Shown here: positions 1 to 9,343 of the stretch, piece after piece | How positions within the stretch are numbered: position 1 is the first letter of the stretch | Layout: every line of letters begins with the position of its first letter | Source of the DNA: a virus | Lineage: Duplodnaviria; Caudoviricetes | Length of the DNA stretch: 64,000 bases | Strand: one strand, 5' to 3' | Virus record (IMG/VR): IMGVR_UViG_3300031801_001562 | Program-made: the position numbers and the translations under genes | The notes under the pieces: generated by a model | What the model was told of the DNA's origin: nothing | What the model saw: only the letters and a program-made list of their open reading frames with translations | Database searches by the model: none

Positions 1-1275
1 TTAAAATTGCTCTTCTTCTGTTGAACCTTTAATTGCACTTAGATCTGTACTGCCAGTACATATTTGACCAACTTGATCAAAATATCCAGCACCGACTTCC
101 CGCTGATGTTTAACAGCTGTGAACCCTCGACTCTGGGCCGCGAATTCTTTTTCTTGAAGTTCGACAAATCCTGTCATTCCATGATCCCTATAATTTTCAG
201 ATAATTCAAACATACTGTAATTCAAAGAATGAAATCCAGCGAGAGTAATGAATTGATATTTTACATTCATTTCTCCAAGTTCATCTTTAAAACTAGATAT
301 TTCTTTATCACTTAATTTTGCTTTCCAATTGAACGATGGAGAACAATTATATGCAAACATTTTGTTTGGATATTCTTTCTGAATTTCTTGAACAAATTCT
401 CTACATTCTCCAATATCAGGTACCGATGTTTCCATCCATATTAAATCACAATAAGGAGCATATGATAGTCCTCTTGAAATTGCCTGATCCATTCCTGCAT
501 TTGTTTTAAAGAAGCCTTCTTCAGTTCGGTCACCTGTAATAAATTCATGATCATGTTCATCACTATCACTCTGTAACAATGCACCAGAAAGTGCATCTGT
601 TCTTGCAATTATGATAGTAGGAACATCCATTATATCTGCTGCCAATCTTGAAGCAATTAATTTATTAACCATTTCTTGAGTAGAAACTAAAACCTTTCCA
701 CCCATGTGACCACATTTTTTAGCAGACGATAATTGATCTTCTAAATGAATTCCAGCTGCGCCAGCTTCAATTAAATGTTTTACTAATTCATGTGTATTGA
801 GAACTCCACCAAATCCGGATTCTGCATCTGCTACAATTGGAAGAAAGTAATCAATTTCTCCTTGTCGATCTTCCATTGTTTGAATTTGATCTGCTCGTTG
901 AAATGTATTATTAATTCGTTTAACTATGGTTGGAACACTGCCAACAGCATATAAAGATTGGTCCGGATACATTTGCAAACTATCATTAGCATCGCCGGCG
1001 ACTTGCCATCCAGAAAGATAAACTGAATCAAGTCCCGCTTTTGCTTGTTGCATTGCTTGGTTGCCCGTCAGTGCACCTAATGCACTAACATATTTTTGAG
1101 AATAAAATTTTTCCCAAAGTTTGGATGCTCCGTTTGATGCCATAGTGTATTCTATTTTAACAGAACCACTTAATCGTTTTACATCTGCCGGAGTATAAGG
1201 TCTTTGAATATGTTTTTGTCGATCGCGATTTTGGTACTTAGTTTCTTTTAAACTAAATTCATTATCTACCATCAT
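1..1275 (-). CDS. aceA: Isocitrate lyase (glyoxylate shunt), phage auxiliary metabolic gene
   Basis: Catalytic signature [12 protein letters not shown]; [51 protein letters not shown]; 424 aa; GGAG SD upstream. Confidence 0.97.
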   Translation of the reverse strand: MMVDNEFSLKETKYQNRDRQKHIQRPYTPADVKRLSGSVKIEYTMASNGASKLWEKFYSQKYVSALGALTGNQAMQQAKAGLDSVYLSGWQVAGDANDSLQMYPDQSLYAVGSVPTIVKRINNTFQRADQIQTMEDRQGEIDYFLPIVADAESGFGGVLNTHELVKHLIEAGAAGIHLEDQLSSAKKCGHMGGKVLVSTQEMVNKLIASRLAADIMDVPTIIIARTDALSGALLQSDSDEHDHEFITGDRTEEGFFKTNAGMDQAISRGLSYAPYCDLIWMETSVPDIGECREFVQEIQKEYPNKMFAYNCSPSFNWKAKLSDKEISSFKDELGEMNVKYQFITLAGFHSLNYSMFELSENYRDHGMTGFVELQEKEFAAQSRGFTAVKHQREVGAGYFDQVGQICTGSTDLSAIKGSTEEEQF

Positions 1276-1306
1276 TTTATCTCCACTGTTTAAATTATAC
1301 TATAAA

Positions 1307-1468
1307 TTAAGGACCAGAATGTTTAAAATAAATTTCATTAATCCTTTTTAATTCTGTTTTTACCTCATCTAATTCTTTTTGAACTAACTCATATTGTTTA
1401 CGATAGTAATCTCGTTCTTGCTCAACTTCAATCCATTCCGATAAATGATCTTCTTGTGAGTGAGCCAT
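1307..1468 (-). CDS. Small coiled-coil hypothetical protein (53 aa, MAHSQEDHLSEWIEVEQERDYYRKQYELVQKELDEVKTELKRINEIYFKHSGP), not in ORF track
   Basis: Read by hand: ATG at 1468, TAA at 1307-1309, AGGA SD upstream; fills the gap between lipase and aceA. Confidence 0.7.
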   Translation of the reverse strand: MAHSQEDHLSEWIEVEQERDYYRKQYELVQKELDEVKTELKRINEIYFKHSGP

Positions 1469-1486
1469 TTTTTTCCTAAAAAGTTA

Positions 1487-2257
1487 TTACTTATTATCTT
1501 TTAATGTACTTACATATTTTGCTATGGCATGATCTAATCCATCAGTTTTAGAAATTAATCCATTATCATTGTCGGGTCCCCAATCCAAATCCTGACTATC
1601 TATAAAAAGTCCTGTGTGATAGTAAGGCCAAGGAGGAGTAAAAGGAATAGGATCACTAGTGCGAACCACCCTCCAATGAGTGGGTTGTCCACCAGACAAA
1701 ACTTGATTAGAAATTTTTGGTGATCCGTAAGAGAAAATTTGAACATTTTTACCTCTCTTGTGAAGCCACATTCCTATTATTTGTGCAACGGCTCCACCTA
1801 AACTGTGGCCTGTAACGTGTACCGTCTGTTCAAGGGGATATGTAAGTGTCTGTCCTTGAACAATAGTTTTGGATGATTTCATTGAAGTATCTATAATTTG
1901 CATTACAGTTACAGCGGCATCTCTAAATCCTTTATGAAGTTTGATTCCTGTACGTGTATCACTTACTAATCTTACATCAATATCAGATAATACATTTGCC
2001 TCATTAGCAGTACCTCTAATAACAATTATTGACATTCCATTTTTTTGTTTTACTTCAAAGGCAACTTCATCTTTTTGACTACCACCAGCATCATAAATTT
2101 CTTTACAATATTCTGCATATTCAATAAGAGAATCTAATGAAATTGGTAAATTTGACTTATCACCATTACCCAAATCATTATTTTTGTCTGCTACGTTCTT
2201 TGCACATCCACTAAGGAATAGAGCTACCACCATTACGATTATGAACTTCCACTTCAT
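1487..2257 (-). CDS. Class 3 lipase / alpha-beta hydrolase with lipoprotein signal peptide
   Basis: Nucleophile elbow GHSLGG, IVIRGT and LHKGF motifs, YGSPK, DPIP; start moved to MKWKFIIVMVVALFLSGC (lipobox LSGC). Confidence 0.88.
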   Translation of the reverse strand: MKWKFIIVMVVALFLSGCAKNVADKNNDLGNGDKSNLPISLDSLIEYAEYCKEIYDAGGSQKDEVAFEVKQKNGMSIIVIRGTANEANVLSDIDVRLVSDTRTGIKLHKGFRDAAVTVMQIIDTSMKSSKTIVQGQTLTYPLEQTVHVTGHSLGGAVAQIIGMWLHKRGKNVQIFSYGSPKISNQVLSGGQPTHWRVVRTSDPIPFTPPWPYYHTGLFIDSQDLDWGPDNDNGLISKTDGLDHAIAKYVSTLKDNK

Positions 2258-2495
2258 CTTTTTTTCTCCATGCTGTTGCACCTAATATAGCTCCAAATGA
2301 TAAATGAAACATTGCTCCAGCCTGTAATGTAAGAGGAGCCCATCTACTAGTGTTCATTTTTATTTCATCACTCTCCATAACCATGCCTATGTTCCACATC
2401 AAAGGAGCAATGAAAAAATCAATCAGGCAAATAAATAAATATACTAATGCAGCCCAATCCCTCCAATGTCTATTAATTGTTTTGTTTATACCCAT
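2211..2495 (-). CDS. Small membrane protein (2 predicted TM segments)
   Basis: Hydrophobic AALVYLFICLIDFFIAPL and LTLQAGAMFHLSFGAILGATAW; in-operon position. Confidence 0.65.
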   Translation of the reverse strand: MGINKTINRHWRDWAALVYLFICLIDFFIAPLMWNIGMVMESDEIKMNTSRWAPLTLQAGAMFHLSFGAILGATAWRKKDEVEVHNRNGGSSIP

Positions 2496-2505
2496 AAGTT
2501 ATTAT

Positions 2506-2808
2506 TTAATTATCACGATCTGGATAGTATGGCCGGTTAGTTGGATGGCCTGGTGATCCCAGTTCAGCAAAACTAATTCTCAAATCTGTTATTTGTTTTT
2601 CTAATTCTTCTATTTTTTTATAACCATTTGCAAGATCAGCATTAATTTGCGGTATTTCCGAATCTTCTATTCGATGTTGTACTTTGTCTAAATCCATGAC
2701 AGTCACAAATAACCATGTAACAGTTCCAATCAATGCGGCGGCAACGATTGGTAGGGCGGCTTTAAAAAGTTGGTGTTCTGCAACTGCTTGCATTGATTGT
2801 ACTGGCAT
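2506..2808 (-). CDS. Single-TM protein followed by coiled coil
   Basis: TM AALPIVAAALIGTVTWLFVTVM, then heptad KKIEELEKQITDLRISF; GGAG SD. Confidence 0.65.
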   Translation of the reverse strand: MPVQSMQAVAEHQLFKAALPIVAAALIGTVTWLFVTVMDLDKVQHRIEDSEIPQINADLANGYKKIEELEKQITDLRISFAELGSPGHPTNRPYYPDRDN

Positions 2809-2809
2809 A

Positions 2810-3148
2810 TCAATCTCCTTTTTTGTCTTTGTCTTCTTCGGCTCCCCCTATCACTTTGTCGAGTCTTTTAAATACTTGAGTCTCTAAATGAGGTAATAGT
2901 CTAATACCACTATATCCAATAAAAAACGCTATTGCAAGTGCTGTATATACTCCAAATTCAAATAGTTCCATTAGTGCTGGAATAAAAAATTCAGCCGCGA
3001 CCCATCCTACAATAGCTGCTATTGCAAGGTTCTTTGCTTCCTTTATCCACCCAACCCATGTGTGAACTAATCCATTAGTCAATCCTCCCATAGTAGATGC
3101 AAATACACAACACCACTTTGCACCAAATAATGCTAGTAAAGTCTCCAT
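2810..3148 (-). CDS. Holin-like multi-TM membrane protein
   Basis: 112 aa, about 3 hydrophobic helices, charged C-terminal tail (AEEDKDKKGD); start overlaps gp16 stop. Confidence 0.55.
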   Translation of the reverse strand: METLLALFGAKWCCVFASTMGGLTNGLVHTWVGWIKEAKNLAIAAIVGWVAAEFFIPALMELFEFGVYTALAIAFFIGYSGIRLLPHLETQVFKRLDKVIGGAEEDKDKKGD

Positions 3149-3609
3149 TAATCTTCCTTATCTTTAATTGTTTTCTTGTTCTTGTTTAACATTTTTTGAA
3201 GATCTGCGGTACTCCCAACGAACAAAGCATTTGTTACATTTTGAGGAGACCTTATTATATCTTCTTTCATAGATTGCATTGTTTTATGTAAGCCAATGAG
3301 CTCCTTATTTGCATTGGTTAACTTATCTATTAATTGGCCCACTACTTCATATGCTCTAGGGTGTTCTGTTTCCTTAGCAATTTCAAGTAGACCATCCATG
3401 GCATCAGAACCTCTCTCTATAATATTGTAAAGATTCTCTCGCGAATATTGAAAATCTGTATCTGAATCATCTTCTTTTATTTTTTGAGGCATAACTTTGG
3501 CAACCGGTAATTTTTCTACCGTTGGAGTTATTTCAAAAACCTCATTTAATTTGTCATCAACGTCTTTTGTTGATAATGGCTTATCAATTGGTTCACGATC
3601 TTTCATCAT
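3148..3609 (-). CDS. gp16: Terminase small subunit (T4 gp16-like)
   Basis: DFQYSRENLYNIIERG, HPRAYEVVGQL, NALFVGSTADLQKML motifs; follows gp15. Confidence 0.9.
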   Translation of the reverse strand: MMKDREPIDKPLSTKDVDDKLNEVFEITPTVEKLPVAKVMPQKIKEDDSDTDFQYSRENLYNIIERGSDAMDGLLEIAKETEHPRAYEVVGQLIDKLTNANKELIGLHKTMQSMKEDIIRSPQNVTNALFVGSTADLQKMLNKNKKTIKDKED

Positions 3610-3615
3610 CTACCT

Positions 3616-4611
3616 TCATAAATTTTTATTACCGAGCGCTTGTATATCTAAACTTGGAGCGCGCGTATCTAATCCCGTGGCGGGATCAAATTCTATTCCT
3701 TCTGCAAAAAAGTCTCTTGTTTCTGTTATATCATATCCACCTTCAGATGGGTCCACATCTCCCACTGTTTGCATTATTCGAGATTTTACTAGTGCTCTGT
3801 TTCTATCTCCTCTTGTTGCTTCCGAAAGAAATTTAGTTCCATCTTCATTTATAAGATAATCTCTCTGTGCATCAAAAACATTATCAGATTCTAATACAAT
3901 ATATTCTTGTACCGCCGCCACTTCAACTGTTGTATGTGGTATTACATGAAAATTTATAATAGATGTTCGAATAAGTTTAGTTGATACACTATCACTTCCG
4001 TCACCAAATCCTTTTCCTTTAATATTTGGATACAGATATCCTTTAACAGTAAAATCTAATGTCCATATTAAAGCTCTTCGAGATAAAAAATCGCCTTCGT
4101 ATGAATCTTCAACATTAACTCCTCCTAAAACAATTGGTAAATCTATTTTTATACCCATTGTTGGAAGAGCATTAATTGTTACGGTAAAATCAGGTTGAAA
4201 AAATGGTAAAATTTGCTCTATAATTTGTGTTCCATCATCAGCATTTTTTACATAGACATTTAAAGCAAATGCGAAATCATACGGAACTGGGCTTTTAACT
4301 ACTCCAGTTTCCCCTTTATATTTCTGTGTTCTATTATGAAGAGGATGTAACATTCTCTCGGGACTATATGACATCGAAGTCAAATCGAAACCCATCCTAG
4401 GCAACTGCATCCCCACCTTTTTATCTAGCCGCTCGTCCCCGGAAATTCTTGTCAAAAATTTCTGTTTGGGGCCATAAGCTAAAGGTACTTTTATTGTCTC
4501 TGTTACATTACCGGAACTATTTCTTCTTTGAATAGAAATATCATTAAAGATTGTTCCAAACACAGCTACATATTTTCTTACTAAGCCATGATACCAATAT
4601 TGTCCTAACAT
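3616..4611 (-). CDS. gp15: Tail sheath stabiliser / tail terminator (gp15)
   Basis: YHGLVRKYVAVFGTIFNDI, KVPLAYGPKQKF, QIIEQILPFFQP, DSYEGDF motifs. Confidence 0.93.
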   Translation of the reverse strand: MLGQYWYHGLVRKYVAVFGTIFNDISIQRRNSSGNVTETIKVPLAYGPKQKFLTRISGDERLDKKVGMQLPRMGFDLTSMSYSPERMLHPLHNRTQKYKGETGVVKSPVPYDFAFALNVYVKNADDGTQIIEQILPFFQPDFTVTINALPTMGIKIDLPIVLGGVNVEDSYEGDFLSRRALIWTLDFTVKGYLYPNIKGKGFGDGSDSVSTKLIRTSIINFHVIPHTTVEVAAVQEYIVLESDNVFDAQRDYLINEDGTKFLSEATRGDRNRALVKSRIMQTVGDVDPSEGGYDITETRDFFAEGIEFDPATGLDTRAPSLDIQALGNKNL

Positions 4612-5453
4612 TAAAATGTTCCTTCACTAAATGGATTTCCTTCAGTAAAATCAATAATTCCTTCTGCAGTTGATTCAATTTCTACATTTTTAGCTTGTGG
4701 ATCCTCTGCAAATTCTTTTGTTACCGTGCTTATCTGTGCAGTTTCATTTGATGTTTGACCCATTATATTTTCGCCTGGTGTAAACGATCCTACTATATTT
4801 GTAACTCTCACAAATAGACCTAATCCAGGTACATCGCGTAATTTTAATACTTTAGCAGAAGCTCCGGACAAACCACCAATTATAGTTTCATTAGTAGAAA
4901 ATACACCTGAATTAGCAGAGTACCCGTATTCGACAGAATAAGCACTATCTGCTTCCACAGCATCTATTTTTGCTATTCCAGTATCAATATCTTCACTACT
5001 ATATTCAAAGAATTCACAAGATAAATCATAAATGGGTAATCTACCTAATTGATAAAAAATTGCTTGATGTTCAACAAACATTATTTCAAACATTTTCTGG
5101 GCCGTATCAAACCAAATTAAATCTCCTTCAAGGGGTCTTGTTGTAAGACCCAATCCTTTCCAAGTACGTTGTGACATAGAAAAGGTAACTTGTTCTCTAA
5201 TTTCTAATCCAAATCTACCAACAAAAGCACCTTCACCTTCAAAACCATCTGTGGTTTTAATATACACTTCTACTGGATAAGCTGATTCAAAAGATGATGC
5301 AGTGGCTTCTCCGAAAATATTATCTAAATTATTTTGAGTTCTTGGTAGATAAGAAACTTCATGTCCGAAGACTTGAATGGACTCTTGTACCAAATCTTCT
5401 AGAAGATTTGCTTCATTATTACTATATTTTTCGAAATAATTATTTAGTGCCAT
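4611..5453 (-). CDS. gp14: Neck protein (gp14)
   Basis: LLEDLVQESIQVFGHEVSYLPR, GFEGEG, RFGLEIRE, RPLEGDLIWF, FYQLG, C-terminal DFTEGNPF. Confidence 0.93.
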   Translation of the reverse strand: MALNNYFEKYSNNEANLLEDLVQESIQVFGHEVSYLPRTQNNLDNIFGEATASSFESAYPVEVYIKTTDGFEGEGAFVGRFGLEIREQVTFSMSQRTWKGLGLTTRPLEGDLIWFDTAQKMFEIMFVEHQAIFYQLGRLPIYDLSCEFFEYSSEDIDTGIAKIDAVEADSAYSVEYGYSANSGVFSTNETIIGGLSGASAKVLKLRDVPGLGLFVRVTNIVGSFTPGENIMGQTSNETAQISTVTKEFAEDPQAKNVEIESTAEGIIDFTEGNPFSEGTF

Positions 5454-5643
5454 TTTCCTCTTTTTCGCCCGTTATTCTAACTCTTAAAATAGGTCTACCA
5501 TTAATAGTAATATCACCTTTTTCATTTTCCCCAATATCTTTTACTACTATTCTTTTATTTTTAAATTTACCACCGAGAACTATATCACCTACTTCTATAG
5601 GCAATTTAATTTCTTCATCTATAAATTCTCGAAAAGATTTCAT
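5440..5643 (-). CDS. Small protein with T4 internal-protein-like capsid targeting N-terminus (MKSFREFIDE)
   Basis: Start re-assigned to ATG at 5643, just after the gp13 stop; N-terminus parallels T4 IP MKTYQEFIAE. Confidence 0.7.
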   Translation of the reverse strand: MKSFREFIDEEIKLPIEVGDIVLGGKFKNKRIVVKDIGENEKGDITINGRPILRVRITGEKEENGTK

Positions 5644-5644
5644 A

Positions 5645-6388
5645 TTATCCCACCATAAAATCATCAGGTAATTGATACTTTGTAAAAATTTCATCATCTA
5701 ACATTTGCAATTCTGTTGTTGCATCATCAAAAATTTGTCTGCCATTTAAAGTAGTTCCGCCGGGTAATTGTAAGCCTTCAAATTTTAATAAATTAGAACC
5801 CCATTGTCTTTTAAATAAAGATGTTGTATATTTTTTTAACCATAAATCATTATAAGCATCTGTATAAGATTCTGGATCTAATCTTCTATAAGTTTCAAAT
5901 AACAAAAATTTTCCAACTTTCATTTCAAACGACCAATCGATATCAAGATATAATCTATTTGTATGTCTATTAAATCTGAATGAAGGAGCTTGATTAAAAA
6001 GATTTTCTATCAAACTCAAGTGTTGCATTGCCATAGTATATCCTGCAAGCTGTTGCTTACTTAAATCAAACATATCATTTAATCTTAATTGATATCTTAC
6101 ATCGAACATACTAATGCTGCCGGCAGTTGTATCTATGGGGAATGCTCTAATAACACTAATTGTTTCATCACCTACGGAAAGATATTCATTAGTAATATCT
6201 TCTGCTGTAATTACGTGTTTTAAATATATCTTTTCGGAGCCATCGTAATGATAATCATTATAGAGTTGAATAGACTCATCAATTCTATCTTCTAATTGAT
6301 CATCATCTACATTGATTTCAATGACTGGAGCGCCTAATTGTCTAAGACAATATTCTTTGAGTTGTTGTCGTGTTTGAGGTTTTGCCAT
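5645..6388 (-). CDS. gp13: Neck protein (gp13)
   Basis: TRQQLKEYCLRQLGAPVIEINVDDDQLEDRI, WLKKYTTSLFKRQWGSNLLKF, LPGGTTLNG. Confidence 0.95.
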   Translation of the reverse strand: MAKPQTRQQLKEYCLRQLGAPVIEINVDDDQLEDRIDESIQLYNDYHYDGSEKIYLKHVITAEDITNEYLSVGDETISVIRAFPIDTTAGSISMFDVRYQLRLNDMFDLSKQQLAGYTMAMQHLSLIENLFNQAPSFRFNRHTNRLYLDIDWSFEMKVGKFLLFETYRRLDPESYTDAYNDLWLKKYTTSLFKRQWGSNLLKFEGLQLPGGTTLNGRQIFDDATTELQMLDDEIFTKYQLPDDFMVG

Positions 6389-6423
6389 GATAAGATTCCT
6401 ACATATAGATTACTTACATATAA

Positions 6424-6432
6424 TGTATTTAT
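6424..6432 (-). promoter_or_regulatory. T4-type late promoter (ATAAATACA) upstream of gp13
   Basis: TATAAATA-like -10 box; the same ATAAATACA occurs at 9335-9343 and 52706-52714. Confidence 0.7.
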
Positions 6433-7043
6433 CTCCATGGAGGTCCTGACACCCAGGATACTAAAGAAAGTCGAATTCCTTTAGAAATTGGAGTAATTTG
6501 GTGTTGTGTGAAGCTGGGAAATACTAATATGTCTCCAAAGTCTAAACACATTTCTCGTGGTTCTGTTTGATTATTTAAAACTATTTGTAAATTTCCTCCT
6601 TCATATGATCCTATATTTAATGCCACGGTTATACTTAATTTCCTTACATTTTGATGGTTTTTATGTGTTGCATTAAAATCATCATCAGTATGCCACGTAT
6701 AAAAATCTCCTTTTTGATATTTTGTATATTGGACATTAATAGATGAATAATCTAAATCAAATTTATATTTTTTATTTTCTTCTATAAAAATTTCTTTTAA
6801 TTTATAAATTATTACTTTTTGTAAATCTATTAAATCTAGTTTCCAAATATCCCATAAAAATACTTCAGATTTTCTAGCATTCGGATTATTATTTACTGTC
6901 GTACCAGGAATTGTTTTTTTATCTAGCTTATTAATAATATCATCAGCATTTTCTTTAAACCATCTTGATGATATTCTAACATAAGCCGGCGCACGAACAA
7001 TTGGGGAATTAGTGGGGTTTAAATGCTTTGACACCAGGGCCAC
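6429..7043 (-). CDS. 2OG-Fe(II) oxygenase (PKHD/prolyl-hydroxylase-like)
   Basis: YTWHTD (HxD), RKLSITVALN, YEGGNL, VFPSFTQHQITPISKGIRLSLVSW; GTG start overlaps upstream TAG. Confidence 0.92.
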   Translation of the reverse strand: MALVSKHLNPTNSPIVRAPAYVRISSRWFKENADDIINKLDKKTIPGTTVNNNPNARKSEVFLWDIWKLDLIDLQKVIIYKLKEIFIEENKKYKFDLDYSSINVQYTKYQKGDFYTWHTDDDFNATHKNHQNVRKLSITVALNIGSYEGGNLQIVLNNQTEPREMCLDFGDILVFPSFTQHQITPISKGIRLSLVSWVSGPPWR

Positions 7044-7873
7044 TACCGCCTAGCCCTCGAAAGCTGTTTCGCTAGAAACAGTCTTCCGTCAAAAGTAGGT
7101 CCTAATGCAATATTTTTTTTAATTTCTGATCTTAATTTCATTGTTGTAATTTCTTCTTCGTTTTCTTTCCACCATTCAGATTTATTTTGAGTGTCATTTT
7201 CACTTATAAAACATCCATCACTCCAAGAATGAAGATTAAAATCTTCTTCTAAGAGCATATTTGACATCTGATTACTTTGAATCACAAATGCAAGAGTTGA
7301 TCTGAGACCTTCAGTTCCTGCGGAATGCCAAGAATATCCAGTACGTTCTACTTCACCGTGTCCGAACCAATCAAATGATTTTACATTCCAACCAACTTGA
7401 TCCGGAATATCATAATTTAAAGATGTGTTTCCTGGAATATTTCTTTTGTATCTAAAAATTCCTCTGCCCGTTTTAGACCAAGTAAAAATTAAATTTCTTC
7501 CGGGAACATCAGCATTGTGATGCCATCCTATATATCCTCCAGGTGGATATATTGTACTTAAAGCTTGTTGTCGTGCTCCTATTCTTTTACCTAAATCCGC
7601 ACATAATTTAACAACTTTCATATGTCTATTTCTTGTTCTTAAATCTAATAATAAATCATGCATGCCTTGATGCCAAGGTGGTCCTGGTCTAACCAACTTT
7701 TTATATTCCATTAAATATTCATCACAAACGGCTTCTTTCCAAGTGATTATTCTTCTGCTTTCCATTCTTATTTTATCTTCATCTAAATCATAAAGATATT
7801 CCCCCAACTTTTGAAGAATATCTAATACTTCATTATCATTACAATATTTTGAAATATGTTCTGTATGATTCAT
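7043..7873 (-). CDS. Cupin/double-stranded beta-helix dioxygenase-like protein
   Basis: YPPGGYIGWHHNAD (HxN/D) and distal WHSAG; start moved to ATG 7873 (ATGA overlap). Confidence 0.6.
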   Translation of the reverse strand: MNHTEHISKYCNDNEVLDILQKLGEYLYDLDEDKIRMESRRIITWKEAVCDEYLMEYKKLVRPGPPWHQGMHDLLLDLRTRNRHMKVVKLCADLGKRIGARQQALSTIYPPGGYIGWHHNADVPGRNLIFTWSKTGRGIFRYKRNIPGNTSLNYDIPDQVGWNVKSFDWFGHGEVERTGYSWHSAGTEGLRSTLAFVIQSNQMSNMLLEEDFNLHSWSDGCFISENDTQNKSEWWKENEEEITTMKLRSEIKKNIALGPTFDGRLFLAKQLSRARR

Positions 7874-8667
7874 ATTCTTCCGTTTTGATATTGTTGTTTG
7901 AATAATAAGCAAGAATAATCATGAAATACTATTTCATCTCTATCTACACCTTCTCTTTCTGGGTCATATCCGATTATCCAATTCCATTTTGCATCTTCAC
8001 TGGCATTCCAATCATCAGTTTCCGGAGTACAAGGAGGATCTCCTCCAAATACCCAATGCCATTTAATATCTGGACGATACCATGGATCATCCTGTCTTAT
8101 AACTCCTAACATTAGGTGTAAGGGAAATTGATCCCATCCTCTAGTTTCCCAATAAGGATATTTACCGTCCCATCTTGAATCCCAGTCATGTCGTCTTTTC
8201 CATAACCAATTTTCCCACCATTGTTGCATAAAAGAAATCATTTTTTCAGATTTTCTATACAAACACATTCCACCATGAGGAACTTTTAAAATAGGTTTAT
8301 TCCACCACGTTGCGGCTGCAGCATATGTTCTGATTTTAGTCCATGCCATATCATATCCATCTTTTATTCCATTAAATATTTCCGGAGCTTTAGGATTGAT
8401 ACATACCATATCAGAATCAAGATAGCATGTAATATCAAAAGGAGAATGTTGTAAGGCTAATAATTTGGCTCTATTGGAGGGGGGCATGCCACCGTGAACT
8501 TCATCGAATATATGATTACCAGAATCAGATACCCATTTATCTTCAGTATATAAAATTACTGGATGGTCTGGAGCAAATTCTTTTAAACTATCTGCTAATT
8601 GTTGAGCGGCGGTGAGATATGGTTTAAAATTAGTAGCACATAATAAAAATCCCTGGTCAAGTCTCAT
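7870..8667 (-). CDS. Glycosyltransferase-like protein (GT-A fold)
   Basis: RAKLLALQHSPFDITCYLDSD (DxD), NGG-like HGGMCLY, WDQFPL. Confidence 0.75.
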   Translation of the reverse strand: MRLDQGFLLCATNFKPYLTAAQQLADSLKEFAPDHPVILYTEDKWVSDSGNHIFDEVHGGMPPSNRAKLLALQHSPFDITCYLDSDMVCINPKAPEIFNGIKDGYDMAWTKIRTYAAAATWWNKPILKVPHGGMCLYRKSEKMISFMQQWWENWLWKRRHDWDSRWDGKYPYWETRGWDQFPLHLMLGVIRQDDPWYRPDIKWHWVFGGDPPCTPETDDWNASEDAKWNWIIGYDPEREGVDRDEIVFHDYSCLLFKQQYQNGRI

Positions 8668-8676
8668 CTAATTTTT

Positions 8677-9306
8677 TTAATTTTCTTCATCCGGTCCTGG
8701 GCCGTGTTCTTCTGTCCTTATCCATTTTTCATCTCCGATTTCTTTATCAGCCACTGCTTCAATTGTTGATGTATTAGCTGCTGGTTCATCTGCAGATCTT
8801 TCATCCAAAAGATCTTCCGCAGATAAAGTTATTCTAATTATAGATAAAGTTATAAAAGACGCGACTAGTGCGGAAATTTCGGTTAACGATTTAGATTTTC
8901 TAATTCGGGATCTTAATTCCCTATTTTCACTATCTCTAACTTCTGGAATTTCAAAAGCTTCTAATTTAGCTCGGAATAAAGTTTCTAAATCATCTGCAGC
9001 TCTTTTTCTTTCAAATCGTTGTTTTTCATCCCTTTGTTTAATATTTGATCTAGGGCCTCTGTCTTTATTTTGAATTTCGCGTTGCTGTTTATTAGTTTCA
9101 GAAAATTCATCAATTTGTTCAGATGTAAATTTGTGAAAAAAATCTTTCCATTCTCGTGAATCTTCTAAAGCTTGGCCGGAGTATCTAGATTTGTCTTGTC
9201 TTTCATAAAGAATAGAAATTTCTTTTTTTTCATCTGTGCGCCACAGTCCTTCAATCATTGTATCATGTGTCCACTCTTCTTGTTCAGCCACTTCTTGTTC
9301 AGCCAT
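8677..9306 (-). CDS. Hypothetical protein, conserved next to fibre genes in T4-like phages
   Basis: 209 aa ORF, LFRAKLEAFEIPEVRDSENRELRSRIRK block; late promoter upstream. Confidence 0.6.
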   Translation of the reverse strand: MAEQEVAEQEEWTHDTMIEGLWRTDEKKEISILYERQDKSRYSGQALEDSREWKDFFHKFTSEQIDEFSETNKQQREIQNKDRGPRSNIKQRDEKQRFERKRAADDLETLFRAKLEAFEIPEVRDSENRELRSRIRKSKSLTEISALVASFITLSIIRITLSAEDLLDERSADEPAANTSTIEAVADKEIGDEKWIRTEEHGPGPDEEN

Positions 9307-9334
9307 TTTTTCCTTTCATAATATTAATATTATA

Positions 9335-9343
9335 TGTATTTAT
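9335..9343 (-). promoter_or_regulatory. T4-type late promoter (ATAAATACA)
   Basis: CATAAATACA overlapping the stop of the upstream gene, about 30 nt before the ATG at 9306. Confidence 0.65.

Noticed and set aside
1290-1325. Sigma70 promoter for aceA (TATAAT at 1294-1299)
   Set aside because: No credible -35 at 17 nt (ACATTC) and no TG extension; a chance match in AT-rich DNA cannot be excluded
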